From Phycisphaerales bacterium (lineage in GTDB: Bacteria > Planctomycetota > Phycisphaerae > Phycisphaerales > UBA1924): a DNA stretch of 27,120 nt. This document shows positions 1 through 7,722 of the stretch, piece by piece. The stretch is from positions 1 to 27,120 of the forward strand of contig JAWKTE010000030.1 of NCBI GenBank assembly GCA_041401985.1, in the 5' to 3' direction. Positions within the stretch are counted from its first letter, which is position 1. The number at the start of each line of letters is the position of its first letter. Under the pieces are notes generated by a model, which saw only the letters and a list, made by a program, of their open reading frames with translations, did no database searches and was not told the DNA's origin. Both the position numbers and the translations under genes were made by a program.

Positions 1-405
1 GGTGACGAGCAGGCCGTCGGACGATCGGGTCATGCGCCCGTCGCGGGTGAGGCGGAGGCCGTCGCCCCCGTCGCGGGCGGCGGCGGCGGCGTCTCGGACG
101 GCGAAGAAGCCGTCGCCCCGGATGGCCATGTCGAGGGGTCGGTCGGTCTGTTCGAGCACGCCTTGCGCGTAGGAGACGATGGTCGGCAGAACGTGCGTGC
201 CGCCGCCGAGGCGTTCGAGGAGTTCGTTGGAGGGCAGGTTGCCCAGGCCGTCCTCGATGCGGGCGGGGTCGCGGGCGATCTGGAGGGCGATGTCGGGCTT
301 GAAGCCGGGGGTCCTGGCGTTGGCGAGGTTGTTGGTGATGACGTCCTGGCGGTGCATGGAGGTGAGGGCACCGGAGGCGGAGAGGTGGATGCCGTAGGAG
401 ATCAT
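1..405 (-). CDS. Flagellar basal-body rod protein, FlgF/FlgG family. N-terminal 135 codons only; the gene continues beyond the window start.
   Basis: Reverse-complement translation from ATG (cat at 403-405) gives MISYGIHLSASGALTSMHRQDVITNNLANARTPGFKPDIALQ...DMAIRGDGFFAV... This is the conserved rod/hook N-terminal signature (NNLANxxTxGFK, DxAIxGxGFF). The open frame runs to position 1. It is not in the ORF track because there is no stop in the window. Confidence 0.85.
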   Translation of the reverse strand, partial: MISYGIHLSASGALTSMHRQDVITNNLANARTPGFKPDIALQIARDPARIEDGLGNLPSNELLERLGGGTHVLPTIVSYAQGVLEQTDRPLDMAIRGDGFFAVRDAAAAARDGGDGLRLTRDGRMTRSSDGLLVT

Positions 406-423
406 GCCCGCGTGGACGCAAGC

Positions 424-455
424 GGGGTGCCGGGGTGGGGTGCGGGCGGATGGGG
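424..455. other. G-quadruplex-forming motif on the + strand (GGGGtgccGGGGtGGGGtgcGGGcggatGGGG) between the FmdB-like gene and the flagellar rod gene.
   Basis: Five G-runs of at least 3 with short loops, in the 55-nt spacer upstream of the rod gene start. This is the template strand for those minus-strand genes. Confidence 0.35.
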
Positions 456-460
456 CGATG

Positions 461-694
461 TCAGGAGCCGCACATGCCCTGGTTTTTGCCGCAGGGGCAG
501 CATCCGCCCATGGGGAGGCTTGTGGCGGACGCGGCGGCGGAGGAGCCGACGCCGGCGGCGAAGGTGGAGAACTTGCGGGTGAAGGTGCGGCCCTTGGATT
601 CGGGGTCGTCGACCGGGCGGTCGGCGTCGGCCATCGGGCGCATGAGTTCGAGGACGGTGCCGTCCTGCTCGCAAATGTACTCGTAGAGGGGCAT
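461..694 (-). CDS. Small (77 aa) FmdB/Zn-ribbon_8-like protein with degenerate N-terminal cysteines and a C-terminal Cys cluster.
   Basis: ATG at 694 is preceded by AAGGAG (reverse complement of 698-703) with a ~6-nt spacer. The translation MPLYEYICEQDGTVLELMRPMADA follows the MP(I/L)YEYxCExCGxxFExxxxMxDA pattern of FmdB-family proteins, but only one N-terminal Cys is retained. A Ser/Ala-rich linker follows, then GGCCPCGKNQGMCGS at the C-terminus. TGA at 461-463. Confidence 0.55.
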   Translation of the reverse strand: MPLYEYICEQDGTVLELMRPMADADRPVDDPESKGRTFTRKFSTFAAGVGSSAAASATSLPMGGCCPCGKNQGMCGS

Positions 695-864
695 GGTGGC
701 TCCTTCGTGGGGGTGCTGGAAGGGTACGCGGGGAGCCGCCCGGGCTTCGGATCGCGGACGGGCTCGGGTCTGGTGACAGGCGGTGGTTGGGCCGACGGCC
801 CGAACCGCCCCGCATACGCTTCCCGATGGCGAGTTCCGCTGAGACGATCAAGCAAGGAGGCCCC

Positions 865-1857
865 GTGGCGCCGACAGGCCCTGCCGTTGCGAATCCGCAT
901 ACGCCGCCGGCCGGTCTGGCGGGCGCGGGAACACCTGACGGTGCGTCCGGGCAGGCCCAGGGGGCGGCCAACACGGTCGTCGTCGATGGCGTGGCGCGGC
1001 GGATCTGCTTCCTGCGCGGGCACATGCGCTCGGGCACGAACTGGATGGGCAGCCTGCTGAACCTGCACCCGCGGATCGTGGTGGATGGCGAGTTCCACCT
1101 CGAGATGCTCAAGGATGCCCTGAACCGGTTCACGAGCGAGACGTGGTCGATGGGCTCGCGCGAGCCGATGAAGTCGATCGCCGACGAGTGGTTCCAGGAA
1201 CTGGTCCGGCGCATGGTGGCGACGACGGTCGCGAAGCGTCCCCGGGCCGAGTGGCTGTGCGACAAGACGCCGGCGCCGATCGACCGGTTCCTGCCGGGGG
1301 CGCCAAACCTGGTGATCGTGCGGGACGGGCGGGATGTGGCCACGTCGTGGACGTTCCACCAGTTGCGGATCGGCGGGCCGTTCAGCGAGCCGCACCGGAC
1401 GCTGATGGCGGACCTGCGTGAGCGGTTCGAGGCGGACCCCAACATGTTCGCGTCGTCGCCGGAACTGCTGTTCTCGTGCGAGGAGTGGGTACGGGCGTGC
1501 GGTCGGGGGTGGGCGCGGTACATCCGCAACCACCTGGAGATGATGGAGAAGTCGAGGGCGGGCGAGTTCGACGGGCCGATCCTGCTGGTGCGGTACGAGG
1601 ACCTGCACGCGGACCCCGAGGGCCAGCGGGCGGTGATGTACCGGTTCCTGGGGCTGGACCCGGCCGAGGCGCGGCCCATCTCGGAGAAGTCGCGGACGTC
1701 GCCCGGGTTCGGGCGCGAGGACCCGAAATCGTTCTATCGCAAGGGCGAGGTCGGGGACTGGCGGAACTACGCGACGGAGGACTTCGGGCGGTGGTTCAAG
1801 GACGAGGCGGGGGAGATGCTGGTGGCGATGGGGTATGAGGTTGGGGGGGACTGGTAG
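865..1857 (+). CDS. Sulfotransferase family protein (PAPS-dependent).
   Basis: RGHMRSGTNWMGS (5'-PSB P-loop-like motif) and IVRDGRDVATSW (3'-PB motif). The start is assigned to GTG 865 because AAGGAGG (854-860) lies 4 nt upstream. In-frame alternatives are ATG 826 and TTG 787 (track start). TAG at 1855-1857. Confidence 0.8.
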   Translation: MAPTGPAVANPHTPPAGLAGAGTPDGASGQAQGAANTVVVDGVARRICFLRGHMRSGTNWMGSLLNLHPRIVVDGEFHLEMLKDALNRFTSETWSMGSREPMKSIADEWFQELVRRMVATTVAKRPRAEWLCDKTPAPIDRFLPGAPNLVIVRDGRDVATSWTFHQLRIGGPFSEPHRTLMADLRERFEADPNMFASSPELLFSCEEWVRACGRGWARYIRNHLEMMEKSRAGEFDGPILLVRYEDLHADPEGQRAVMYRFLGLDPAEARPISEKSRTSPGFGREDPKSFYRKGEVGDWRNYATEDFGRWFKDEAGEMLVAMGYEVGGDW

Positions 1858-2078
1858 TTGGGAATTGGGAGACGGGAGTACGCTGAGAACGCGGAGAGGG
1901 CGGAGGGACGCTGAGGGGGGAGTTGGTGGTGGCGACGCGGGGTTGTTGAGGGGTCTTGCGTGGGACGGGTGCCTGTGCTTTTCGCGCGGGAGCGCGGTGT
2001 TCCGGTCTTGACCCGCTGCATTCCTCCGCATCCCTCGGCCCACTCGGCGACCCCTGCGTACTCCGACTCGATCAACCA

Positions 2079-2948
2079 ATGACGACCGTTCCGCTCAACA
2101 CGACGATCCACTCGGCCGCGCCGACGCCGGTGCTGGCGCTGCTGAACCCGGCGCGGCTGGTGCGGCTGTTCTACTCGCACCGGGCCCTGATCCGACAGTT
2201 CACGATCCGCGAGATCCACAGCGCCAACCGCGACACGGTGCTGGGCTGGGCGTGGGTCGCGATCACGCCTGCGATCATGCTGGCGATTTACACGATTGTG
2301 TTCGGGACGATCCTGGGGGCGCGGGGCAACCGCCCGCCGCTGGAGTATGCCCTGTGGCTGTTCTGCGGCATCACGCTGTTCCACCTGTTCACGGAGCCGA
2401 TGAACCGCGGGCCGGGGCTGGTTGCGGGGCGGCCCAACTTCGTGAAGAAACTGGTGTTCCCGCTGGAGATCCTGCCGGTGTCGGCGATCGGCGTGGTGCT
2501 GTTCCACACGGCGATCTCGTGCGTGCTGCTGGTGGTCGCCAAGGCAGTGGTGGTCGGACATTTCACGGGGTGGGAACTGCTGTTCCCGCTGGCGATCGTG
2601 CCGGTGGCGCTCTTGGGGCTGGGGGTGTGCACGCTGCTGGCGGCGATCGGGGTGTTCGTGCGCGACCTTCGGCACATCGTCAACGGGCCGCTCGGGCGGG
2701 CGCTGTTCTTTCTGACGCCGCTGGTGTATCCGATGGACATCGTGCCGGAGCGGTTCCGGTGGCTGATCGCGATCAACCCGCTGACGAGCGTGGTGCAGTT
2801 CGGGCGGCAGTGCCTGGTGGACGGGCGGAACCCGGACGGGGCGTGGTGGATCGGGCTGGGGGTGGTGACGCTGGCGGGGCTGCTGGGTGTGGTGGCGGCG
2901 TACGCGGTGTTCACGAAGGCCAAGCGGGGGTTCGCCGATGTCATCTGA
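2079..2948 (+). CDS. wzm: ABC-2 type polysaccharide/O-antigen export permease (Wzm/KpsM/TagG family).
   Basis: Six hydrophobic segments. The N-terminal region (LVRLFYSHRALIRQFTIREIHSANRDTVLGWAWVAITPAIMLAIYTIVF) matches the ABC-2 permease signature. The ATG at 2079 is in-frame inside the longer track ORF 1956..2948. The stop overlaps the next gene's start (ATGTCATCTGA). Confidence 0.85.
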   Translation: MTTVPLNTTIHSAAPTPVLALLNPARLVRLFYSHRALIRQFTIREIHSANRDTVLGWAWVAITPAIMLAIYTIVFGTILGARGNRPPLEYALWLFCGITLFHLFTEPMNRGPGLVAGRPNFVKKLVFPLEILPVSAIGVVLFHTAISCVLLVVAKAVVVGHFTGWELLFPLAIVPVALLGLGVCTLLAAIGVFVRDLRHIVNGPLGRALFFLTPLVYPMDIVPERFRWLIAINPLTSVVQFGRQCLVDGRNPDGAWWIGLGVVTLAGLLGVVAAYAVFTKAKRGFADVI

Positions 2949-4596
2949 GGTCGGGGCGAGAGCGGCGGCGGAGGCGACGCGCGACGGCGCGGTTGGAGCC
3001 GCGGCTGCGCGTCCCGGACCACGCAGCGCCGGAGTTGCTGCGGGCACGCCGGGCGTCAAGAAGGGCGCGACGACGCAGCCCGCGCCGGCCGCGGCTCGTC
3101 CTTCCGGCCCGCCGGTGGTGTCGGTGCAGAACCTGGGCAAGTGCTACCACATCTACAACAAGCCGGAGGACCGGCTGAAGCAGGCGTTGCTGCGGTGGCG
3201 GGGCCGCCAGTATTTCGAGGAGTTCTGGGCCTTGCGGGGCGTGTCGTTCGAGGTGTTCCCGGGCGAGGCGGTCGGAATCGTGGGGCGGAACGGGTCGGGC
3301 AAGTCGACGCTGATGCAGATGATCGCGGGCACCTTGGTGCCGACCGAGGGGCGGATCGAGGTGCGCGGGCGGGTGGCGGCTCTGCTGGAACTCGGCTCGG
3401 GGTTCAACCCGGAGTTCACGGGGCGCGAGAACGTGTACCTGTACGGGGCGATCCTGGGGCTGACGCGGCGCGAGACCGACGAGAAGTTCGACGAGATCGC
3501 GGCGTTCGCCGACATCGGGCGGTTCCTGGACCAGCCGGCCAAGACGTACTCGACGGGGATGCGGGTGCGCCTGGCGTTCGCGGTGCAGGTGCAGGTGCGT
3601 CCCGAGGTGCTGATCATCGACGAGGCGCTGACGGTCGGGGACAACCTGTTCCAGAAGCGGTGCCACGAGCGCCTGCGGATGCTGCGGGAGGCGGGCACGA
3701 CGCTGCTGTTCGTGTCGCACCAGCAGGAGATCATCAGGACGCTGACGAGCCGCTGCGTGCTGCTGCACCAGGGGCGGCTGCGGGCGATGGGCTCGCCGGG
3801 CGAGGTGCTGCTGGAGTACCGGCGGATCCTGCACGAGGAGGAGAAGCGGTGGACGACGCAGCGGCTGGAGGCGGTGTTGAAGCGGAAGGGGCCTGAGCCG
3901 AAGCGGGATGGGGCCGCGGGGGCGGGGGAAGCGACGCCGGGCGTGTCGGCCGTGCAGGTGCCGTGCGCGGCGGAAGGCGCGGCGGGTGCTCAGGCGGCCG
4001 CGTCGGCGGGCGGCACGATCTCGACGCCCGCGCCGCTGGACATGCCCGAGAATCCCGCGTCCTACGGCGACCGCGACGCGACGATCACGCGGGTTGAGCT
4101 GCTGGGCAGCGACGGCGAGGGGTGCTCGCTGTTCTATCCGGGCGACCGGGTGATGGTCCGCGTGGGCGTGCGGTTCGAGCGGGACATCGAGCATGTCAAC
4201 GTGGCGCTGCGGCTGCGGGACAAACTGGGCGTGAAGGTGTACTCGTGGGGCACGCTGAACCAGGACATGGCCACCTGGGGCGGGCTGAGGCCGTACGACG
4301 ACCCGACCGGGGCCGGGGGCGAGCACGCGGGGATGGCGGACCCTCCCGTGCTGTGGGACCGGTCGTTCGAGGCGGGGCAGAACCTGACGGTGGAGTTCGA
4401 GTGGATCTGCACGCTGGGTGCCGGGTTCTATGAGGTGCAGGCGTGCGTGACGCACGAGCCGACGCCGGACTACCGGAACCTGCGGATGCTGCACTGGCTG
4501 GACGAGGCGGCGTTCTTCGAGGTGAAGATCGCGCGGGAGGAGTACTTCTTTGGGGGGATGGTGGACCTGCGGATGCGGGCGGCGGTGTTGGATTAG
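2938..4596 (+). CDS. wzt: ABC transporter ATP-binding protein (Wzt/TagH-like) with a ~180-aa C-terminal beta-rich extension resembling the Wzt glycan-binding domain.
   Basis: Walker A GRNGSGKST, ABC signature YSTGMRVRLAF, Walker B LIIDEAL, H-loop SHQ. The C-terminal part (ITRVELLGSDGEGCSLFYPGDRVMVRVGV...VEFEWICTLGAGFYEV) is Wzt_C-like. Start is ATG 2938 (MSSEV...) with a GGGGG about 7 nt upstream; it overlaps the wzm stop by 11 nt. TAG at 4594-4596. Confidence 0.88.
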   Translation: MSSEVGARAAAEATRDGAVGAAAARPGPRSAGVAAGTPGVKKGATTQPAPAAARPSGPPVVSVQNLGKCYHIYNKPEDRLKQALLRWRGRQYFEEFWALRGVSFEVFPGEAVGIVGRNGSGKSTLMQMIAGTLVPTEGRIEVRGRVAALLELGSGFNPEFTGRENVYLYGAILGLTRRETDEKFDEIAAFADIGRFLDQPAKTYSTGMRVRLAFAVQVQVRPEVLIIDEALTVGDNLFQKRCHERLRMLREAGTTLLFVSHQQEIIRTLTSRCVLLHQGRLRAMGSPGEVLLEYRRILHEEEKRWTTQRLEAVLKRKGPEPKRDGAAGAGEATPGVSAVQVPCAAEGAAGAQAAASAGGTISTPAPLDMPENPASYGDRDATITRVELLGSDGEGCSLFYPGDRVMVRVGVRFERDIEHVNVALRLRDKLGVKVYSWGTLNQDMATWGGLRPYDDPTGAGGEHAGMADPPVLWDRSFEAGQNLTVEFEWICTLGAGFYEVQACVTHEPTPDYRNLRMLHWLDEAAFFEVKIAREEYFFGGMVDLRMRAAVLD

Positions 4597-4616
4597 AGGC
4601 TACGCGCTCGACGGGT

Positions 4617-4797
4617 GGAACGCGAAGGACGCGAAGGACGCGAGTGGGACCGGGGCCGCGGAAGCGCGTGGGTGCCGTGCTTCGGTGGTTGGAGCGGGCA
4701 TTTGGGTCGACGCGGGTTGGGGGTGGGACGCCCCTCTACGATCAGCTTCGCGACCACCTCGTTTCTTGCGTCGCGTTCTTCGCGCCCATCGCGTTCC
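4617..4797. repeat. Imperfect 27-nt inverted repeat (24/27) flanking ~127 nt in the wzt-methyltransferase intergenic region; the left arm is itself a tandem decamer (cgcgaaggac x2).
   Basis: ggaacgcgaaggacgcgaaggacgcga (4617-4643) versus tcgcgttcttcgcgcccatcgcgttcc (4771-4797). Confidence 0.45.
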
Positions 4798-4845
4798 ACT
4801 CCGAATCCCAACTCCCCGAGCCGCCCATTGCCCGACTACGCCGCC

Positions 4846-7620
4846 ATGTATGACTCGTACTGGGACGACCCTTCACGCTGGGGGTCGTGCTCGATCCGCG
4901 ATCTGGACCAGACCGCCGAGGCGATCCTGGCCACCTGCGGTCCGGGGCGGCTGCTGGATGTCGGCAGCGGGATGGGCGGGCTGGTGCGGGCGCTGCTGCG
5001 GCTTGGGGTTGATGCCACCGGGCTGGACGTGGCCCAGAAGTGCGTGGACGCGTCCAACGAGGCGGCCGCGGGGCGGTTTGTTCGCGGGTCGCTGCTGCAA
5101 CTGCCGTTCGAGGATGGGGCGTTTGACACCGTCGTGTCGACCGACGTGCTCGAACACCTGGACGAGGCGGACGTGCCGGCGGCGCTGGCGGAGATGGCGC
5201 GGGTGTCGCGCCGGTTCCTGTTCGTGCGGGTGGCGACGACGCCGGACCGGGACGGGGCGTGGCACCTGACGGTGCGCGAGCGGGCGTGGTGGGAGCGCCG
5301 GTGCTTCGAGGCCGGGCTGCGCCGCCATCCGCTGATGCTGGCCGCGGTGGCGTACGACGCGCTGGAGAGTGAGGGCTGGCAGGCGACGCTGGTGCTGGAG
5401 AAGGTGCCGGCGGCGGCGCTTGCGCGGTGGCCGCTGGAGTCGCTCAAGGGCGAGCGCGACCTGCACATGGACATGCTGCGGGAGGCGGGGCGGCGGAGCG
5501 ACGCGCACATCGCGCGGTACCACCTGGCGTGCCAGTTCGTGCGTCCGGGGGACACCGTGCTGGACGTGGCGTGCGGGCTTGGGTATGGCAGCGCGATTGT
5601 GCGTGCGGGCTCGCAGGCGGCGCGGGTGGTGGGGATCGACTCGTCGGAATCGGCGGTCGCGTATGCGCGGGACTGCTTCGGGGGCGGTTCGAGCGGCGCG
5701 TGTGGGGATTCGGGAGAGGGCAACGAGCGGGCGGGGCGACCGATTGAGTTCGGCGTCGGAGACGCGGCGGACCTGTCCCGCTTCGGCGATGCGAGCATCG
5801 ATGTGGTGGTGTCGTTCGAAACGCTGGAGCATCTGGGCGAGCCGGGGCGGTTCCTGGACGAGGCACGCCGGGTGCTGCGCCCCGGCGGGCGGCTGGTGCT
5901 GAGCGTGCCGAACGACTGGACGGATGAGACTGGACGCGATCCGAACCCGCACCACCTGCAGGTGTACGACTGGGCGCGTCTGGGGGCGGAACTCGGGGAA
6001 CGGTTCATCCTCGAGAAGCGGTTCGCGCAGATCGCGGGCGGGGGGATGAAGCACCGAGAAGGAGCGCGGTCCTTGCGGGATGTGGCGCTGGCGCCCGCGA
6101 GCGCATCGGACGGGGATCCGAAGGGCGAGGGCGGGAACGGCCCTTCGACGCCACCTGCAGAATGGTGGCTCGCGGTCGCGATGAAGGACCCAGTTGGGGC
6201 GGCAACGCCTTATGTGGAGAGCGTCTACCCGGCGCGGGGCGTGGCGGGCGATGACCCTGAGCACTCTGCGAACGTGGCGGCGTTCGGGCGGGACTACGAG
6301 AACCCGTGGCTGGTGCGGGCGATGGTGGCGCTGGGGCTGCGCGGCACGAACAAGGCCGAACTTGCGGCGATGGCGCGGCGGGTGATCGAGGCGTCGGGCC
6401 TGGCGGGTGGATCGGGACATGAGCGTGCCGCGGCAACGCCGGATGTCGGGGCGGCGCTGTGCGTGCTTGGGTATCGCCTGCTGGATGTGCCGACGCTTCC
6501 GGCAGGCGAGGCCGACGCGTGGCTTGCCCAGGCGAACGCGTACGAATCGAACGTCGACGCTCGCGGCACCGACGCTGCGCCTCACGCACGCCGATGGACC
6601 ATCTCGAACGCGTATCTCGCGGGATTGCTGCATCTGGCGGTCGGGCGACGGGGCGAGGCTCGCGCAGCGTTCCAGCGATGCGCACGCATGGACGTGCTCG
6701 CGTTCAGCCCGCTGCTGGCGAGCAAGACGATCGATGCGTCGTTCCAGGCGGGGCTGATCGCCGCGGCCGATGGGGACCTTGACGCGGCCCGCCCCGACTT
6801 CCGGCGGGGCCTCGGCGAACTGACGCGCGTGCTGGATGCACGCGACTGGACCAACATCCTGGGCTCGCTCGATGAGCCGCTGACGTTCGGGCTGGTGGAC
6901 CTGCAGCAGGCGGTGGAACTGGCGGCCCGGTGCGCGTTCGGGCTGGCGTGCCTGGACCACTTCCGCGATCGCCCGGGACTGGCGTGGACGCTGGTGCGCC
7001 GTCGGGCGCTCGGCGACCTGAAGCGTTGGAGCGAGCAGCAGACGGGGGCGATCGAGTGGCTGCGGGAGCAGCGCCGCGAACTCGAGCGGGCGCTGGCCGA
7101 GACGCGGGGCTGGATCTCGCGTCAGGAGCGGGGTCGCTCGTGGCTGGAGCAGCAGCGGACCGACCTTGAGCAGCGGCATGCCGCGCTGGCGGCGCGGCTC
7201 GACACACTCTCGCGCGAGTCGGCCGACGAGCGGGAGCGCTTGCGCGGCGTGATCGGCGAGCAGCGCAAGAGCGCGGAGTGGCTGGCGGCCCAGCGGCGGG
7301 AGATGGACGACCGCCTGCGCGAGCGGGACCAGACGATCGCGACGCTGCGGGCCGCGATCGAGGCGCACAAGGGCGGCGAGAAGTGGCTGGGCGATCAGAA
7401 GCGTGAGTTGGAGCGGCGGCTGGCGGAGCAGCGGGAGTCGTTCGAGGCGAGGCTGGGAGAGCGGGACGCGCGGATCGCCAAGCAGGCCGCGTGGAGCGAG
7501 CAGCAGAAGGCGCGGATCGAGGCGTTGCAGGCGAAGATCGCGGCGCTGATGGAGGGGCGGGACTGGGTGGCCCGCCAGGCCGAGGCGCTGCGGGAGCAGG
7601 CGGAGAAGCCGGGGGCTTGA
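4846..7620 (+). CDS. 925-aa multidomain protein: two class I SAM-dependent methyltransferase domains, an alpha-helical TPR-like region, and a C-terminal coiled coil with repeated W-x-x-x-Q motifs.
   Basis: Domain 1: LLDVGSGMGGL ... FDTVVSTDVLEHL. Domain 2: VLDVACGLGYGSAI ... IDVVVSFETLEHL ... RPGGRLVLSVPN. The C-terminal ~200 aa (IEWLREQRRELERAL / SWLEQQRTDLEQRH / AEWLAAQRREMDDRL / EKWLGDQKRELERRL / AAWSEQQKARIEAL / RDWVARQAEALREQ) is heptad-like and E/R/Q-rich. ATG 4846 is chosen because the upstream part of the track ORF (MEREGREGRE...) is encoded by short tandem/inverted DNA repeats. TGA at 7618-7620. Confidence 0.8.
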   Translation: MYDSYWDDPSRWGSCSIRDLDQTAEAILATCGPGRLLDVGSGMGGLVRALLRLGVDATGLDVAQKCVDASNEAAAGRFVRGSLLQLPFEDGAFDTVVSTDVLEHLDEADVPAALAEMARVSRRFLFVRVATTPDRDGAWHLTVRERAWWERRCFEAGLRRHPLMLAAVAYDALESEGWQATLVLEKVPAAALARWPLESLKGERDLHMDMLREAGRRSDAHIARYHLACQFVRPGDTVLDVACGLGYGSAIVRAGSQAARVVGIDSSESAVAYARDCFGGGSSGACGDSGEGNERAGRPIEFGVGDAADLSRFGDASIDVVVSFETLEHLGEPGRFLDEARRVLRPGGRLVLSVPNDWTDETGRDPNPHHLQVYDWARLGAELGERFILEKRFAQIAGGGMKHREGARSLRDVALAPASASDGDPKGEGGNGPSTPPAEWWLAVAMKDPVGAATPYVESVYPARGVAGDDPEHSANVAAFGRDYENPWLVRAMVALGLRGTNKAELAAMARRVIEASGLAGGSGHERAAATPDVGAALCVLGYRLLDVPTLPAGEADAWLAQANAYESNVDARGTDAAPHARRWTISNAYLAGLLHLAVGRRGEARAAFQRCARMDVLAFSPLLASKTIDASFQAGLIAAADGDLDAARPDFRRGLGELTRVLDARDWTNILGSLDEPLTFGLVDLQQAVELAARCAFGLACLDHFRDRPGLAWTLVRRRALGDLKRWSEQQTGAIEWLREQRRELERALAETRGWISRQERGRSWLEQQRTDLEQRHAALAARLDTLSRESADERERLRGVIGEQRKSAEWLAAQRREMDDRLRERDQTIATLRAAIEAHKGGEKWLGDQKRELERRLAEQRESFEARLGERDARIAKQAAWSEQQKARIEALQAKIAALMEGRDWVARQAEALREQAEKPGA

Positions 7621-7636
7621 GGGGTGCCCGGGGCGA

Positions 7637-7668
7637 GCCGACGCGTACCCGTCGACCAATGCGTCGGC
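7637..7668. terminator. Hairpin between the convergent methyltransferase gene and the zinc-ribbon mini-protein gene.
   Basis: gccgacgc (7637-7644) ... gcgtcggc (7661-7668) is an 8-bp stem with a 16-nt loop containing a GTCGAC palindrome. It sits 17 nt after the TGA of the + strand gene. No U-tract. Confidence 0.35.
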
Positions 7669-7722
7669 GTGGGAGCGGCGACCGGATCCAAGCCCGGTGT
7701 CAGGCTCTGTTCAAGGCCCTGT

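Noticed and set aside
402-1679. 425-aa minus-strand ORF spanning the rod-gene upstream region and the sulfotransferase.
   Set aside because: Antisense and other-frame relative to two well-supported genes. The translation is Arg/Pro/Ser-rich low complexity typical of high-GC shadow ORFs.
2941-4494. 517-aa minus-strand ORF antisense to wzt.
   Set aside because: The sense strand carries Walker A/B and the ABC signature; the antisense translation is low complexity.
4615-4845. N-terminal 77 codons of the track ORF for the methyltransferase (MEREGREGREWDRG...).
   Set aside because: Encoded by tandem decamer and inverted-repeat DNA. No SD, and the MTase homology begins only after ATG 4846.
4873-7659. 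928-aa minus-strand ORF antisense to the dual methyltransferase gene.
   Set aside because: R/P/Q-rich nonsense composition with no motifs. The opposite strand has clear SAM-MTase motifs. Long stop-free antisense frames are expected at about 72% GC.
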